A stretch of DNA of 64,000 nucleotides from Lama glama. Its lineage: Eukaryota. The position numbers and the translations under genes are program-made. The stretch is taken from positions 25,732,001 through 25,796,000 of the forward strand of contig CM052816.1 in the NCBI GenBank assembly GCA_028534125.1, in the 5' to 3' direction. Under the pieces are notes generated by a model. That model saw only the letters and a list, made by a program, of their open reading frames with translations. It was not told where the DNA came from and did not search any database. The first letter of the stretch is position 1; each line of letters begins with the position of its first letter. Below are positions 63,860 through 64,000 of this stretch, piece after piece.

Positions 63860-64000
63860 TCTTGGGAGTTCGCGCTGCCGAATCCTTGCAACGCGGAAGG
63901 GAAGCCAGCAAAACGCTTCGTACGGCCAGTCTCCCTTCTCTCCAAGCTACGCGCTAGTGGCTCATTTGGCTTCCCTCAGCCACCGAGCGATCACATACAT
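63860..64000. promoter_or_regulatory. Edge of a probable CpG island
   Basis: About 12 CpGs in the last 130 or so bp, against strong CpG depletion elsewhere. Preceded by about 5.5 kb without recognisable transposons. Confidence 0.5.

Noticed and set aside
1..64000. CRISPR arrays, operons, rRNA or other prokaryote-type systems
   Set aside because: The sequence is mammalian. The recurring units are dispersed L1/SINE copies, not regularly spaced repeats with unique spacers.

Overview
Mammalian genomic DNA that is AT-rich and rich in repeats. It is most likely camelid, judged from two copies of a Vic-1-like tRNA-derived SINE and a recurrent artiodactyl-type L1 3' end. I found no intact protein-coding exon. 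Apart from ORFs overlapping the pseudogene and recognisable repeats, the supplied ORF track looks like noise. The only gene-derived feature is a full-length but inactivated processed EEF1A1 pseudogene (about 22964-24665, + strand). The rest is a mosaic of L1, L2, L3/CR1, MIR, MaLR/ERV LTRs and hAT MITEs (MER5, MER53, MER63, MER81), interrupted by repeat-free blocks dense in transcription-factor motifs. The most notable block is about 19.9-21.25 kb: a G-rich tract, a TATA box, a short ATG-free exon ending in a strong GTAAGT donor, an upstream strong acceptor and an opposite-strand donor. A second promoter-like block with inverted CCAAT boxes lies at about 58.6-58.8 kb, and CpG density rises at the right edge. 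Overall this resembles the upstream regulatory or first-intron territory of a gene that I cannot name from sequence alone. Repeat family names come from recall of consensus sequences, not from a search, and boundaries are approximate. I found no evidence for a wholly new biological system.
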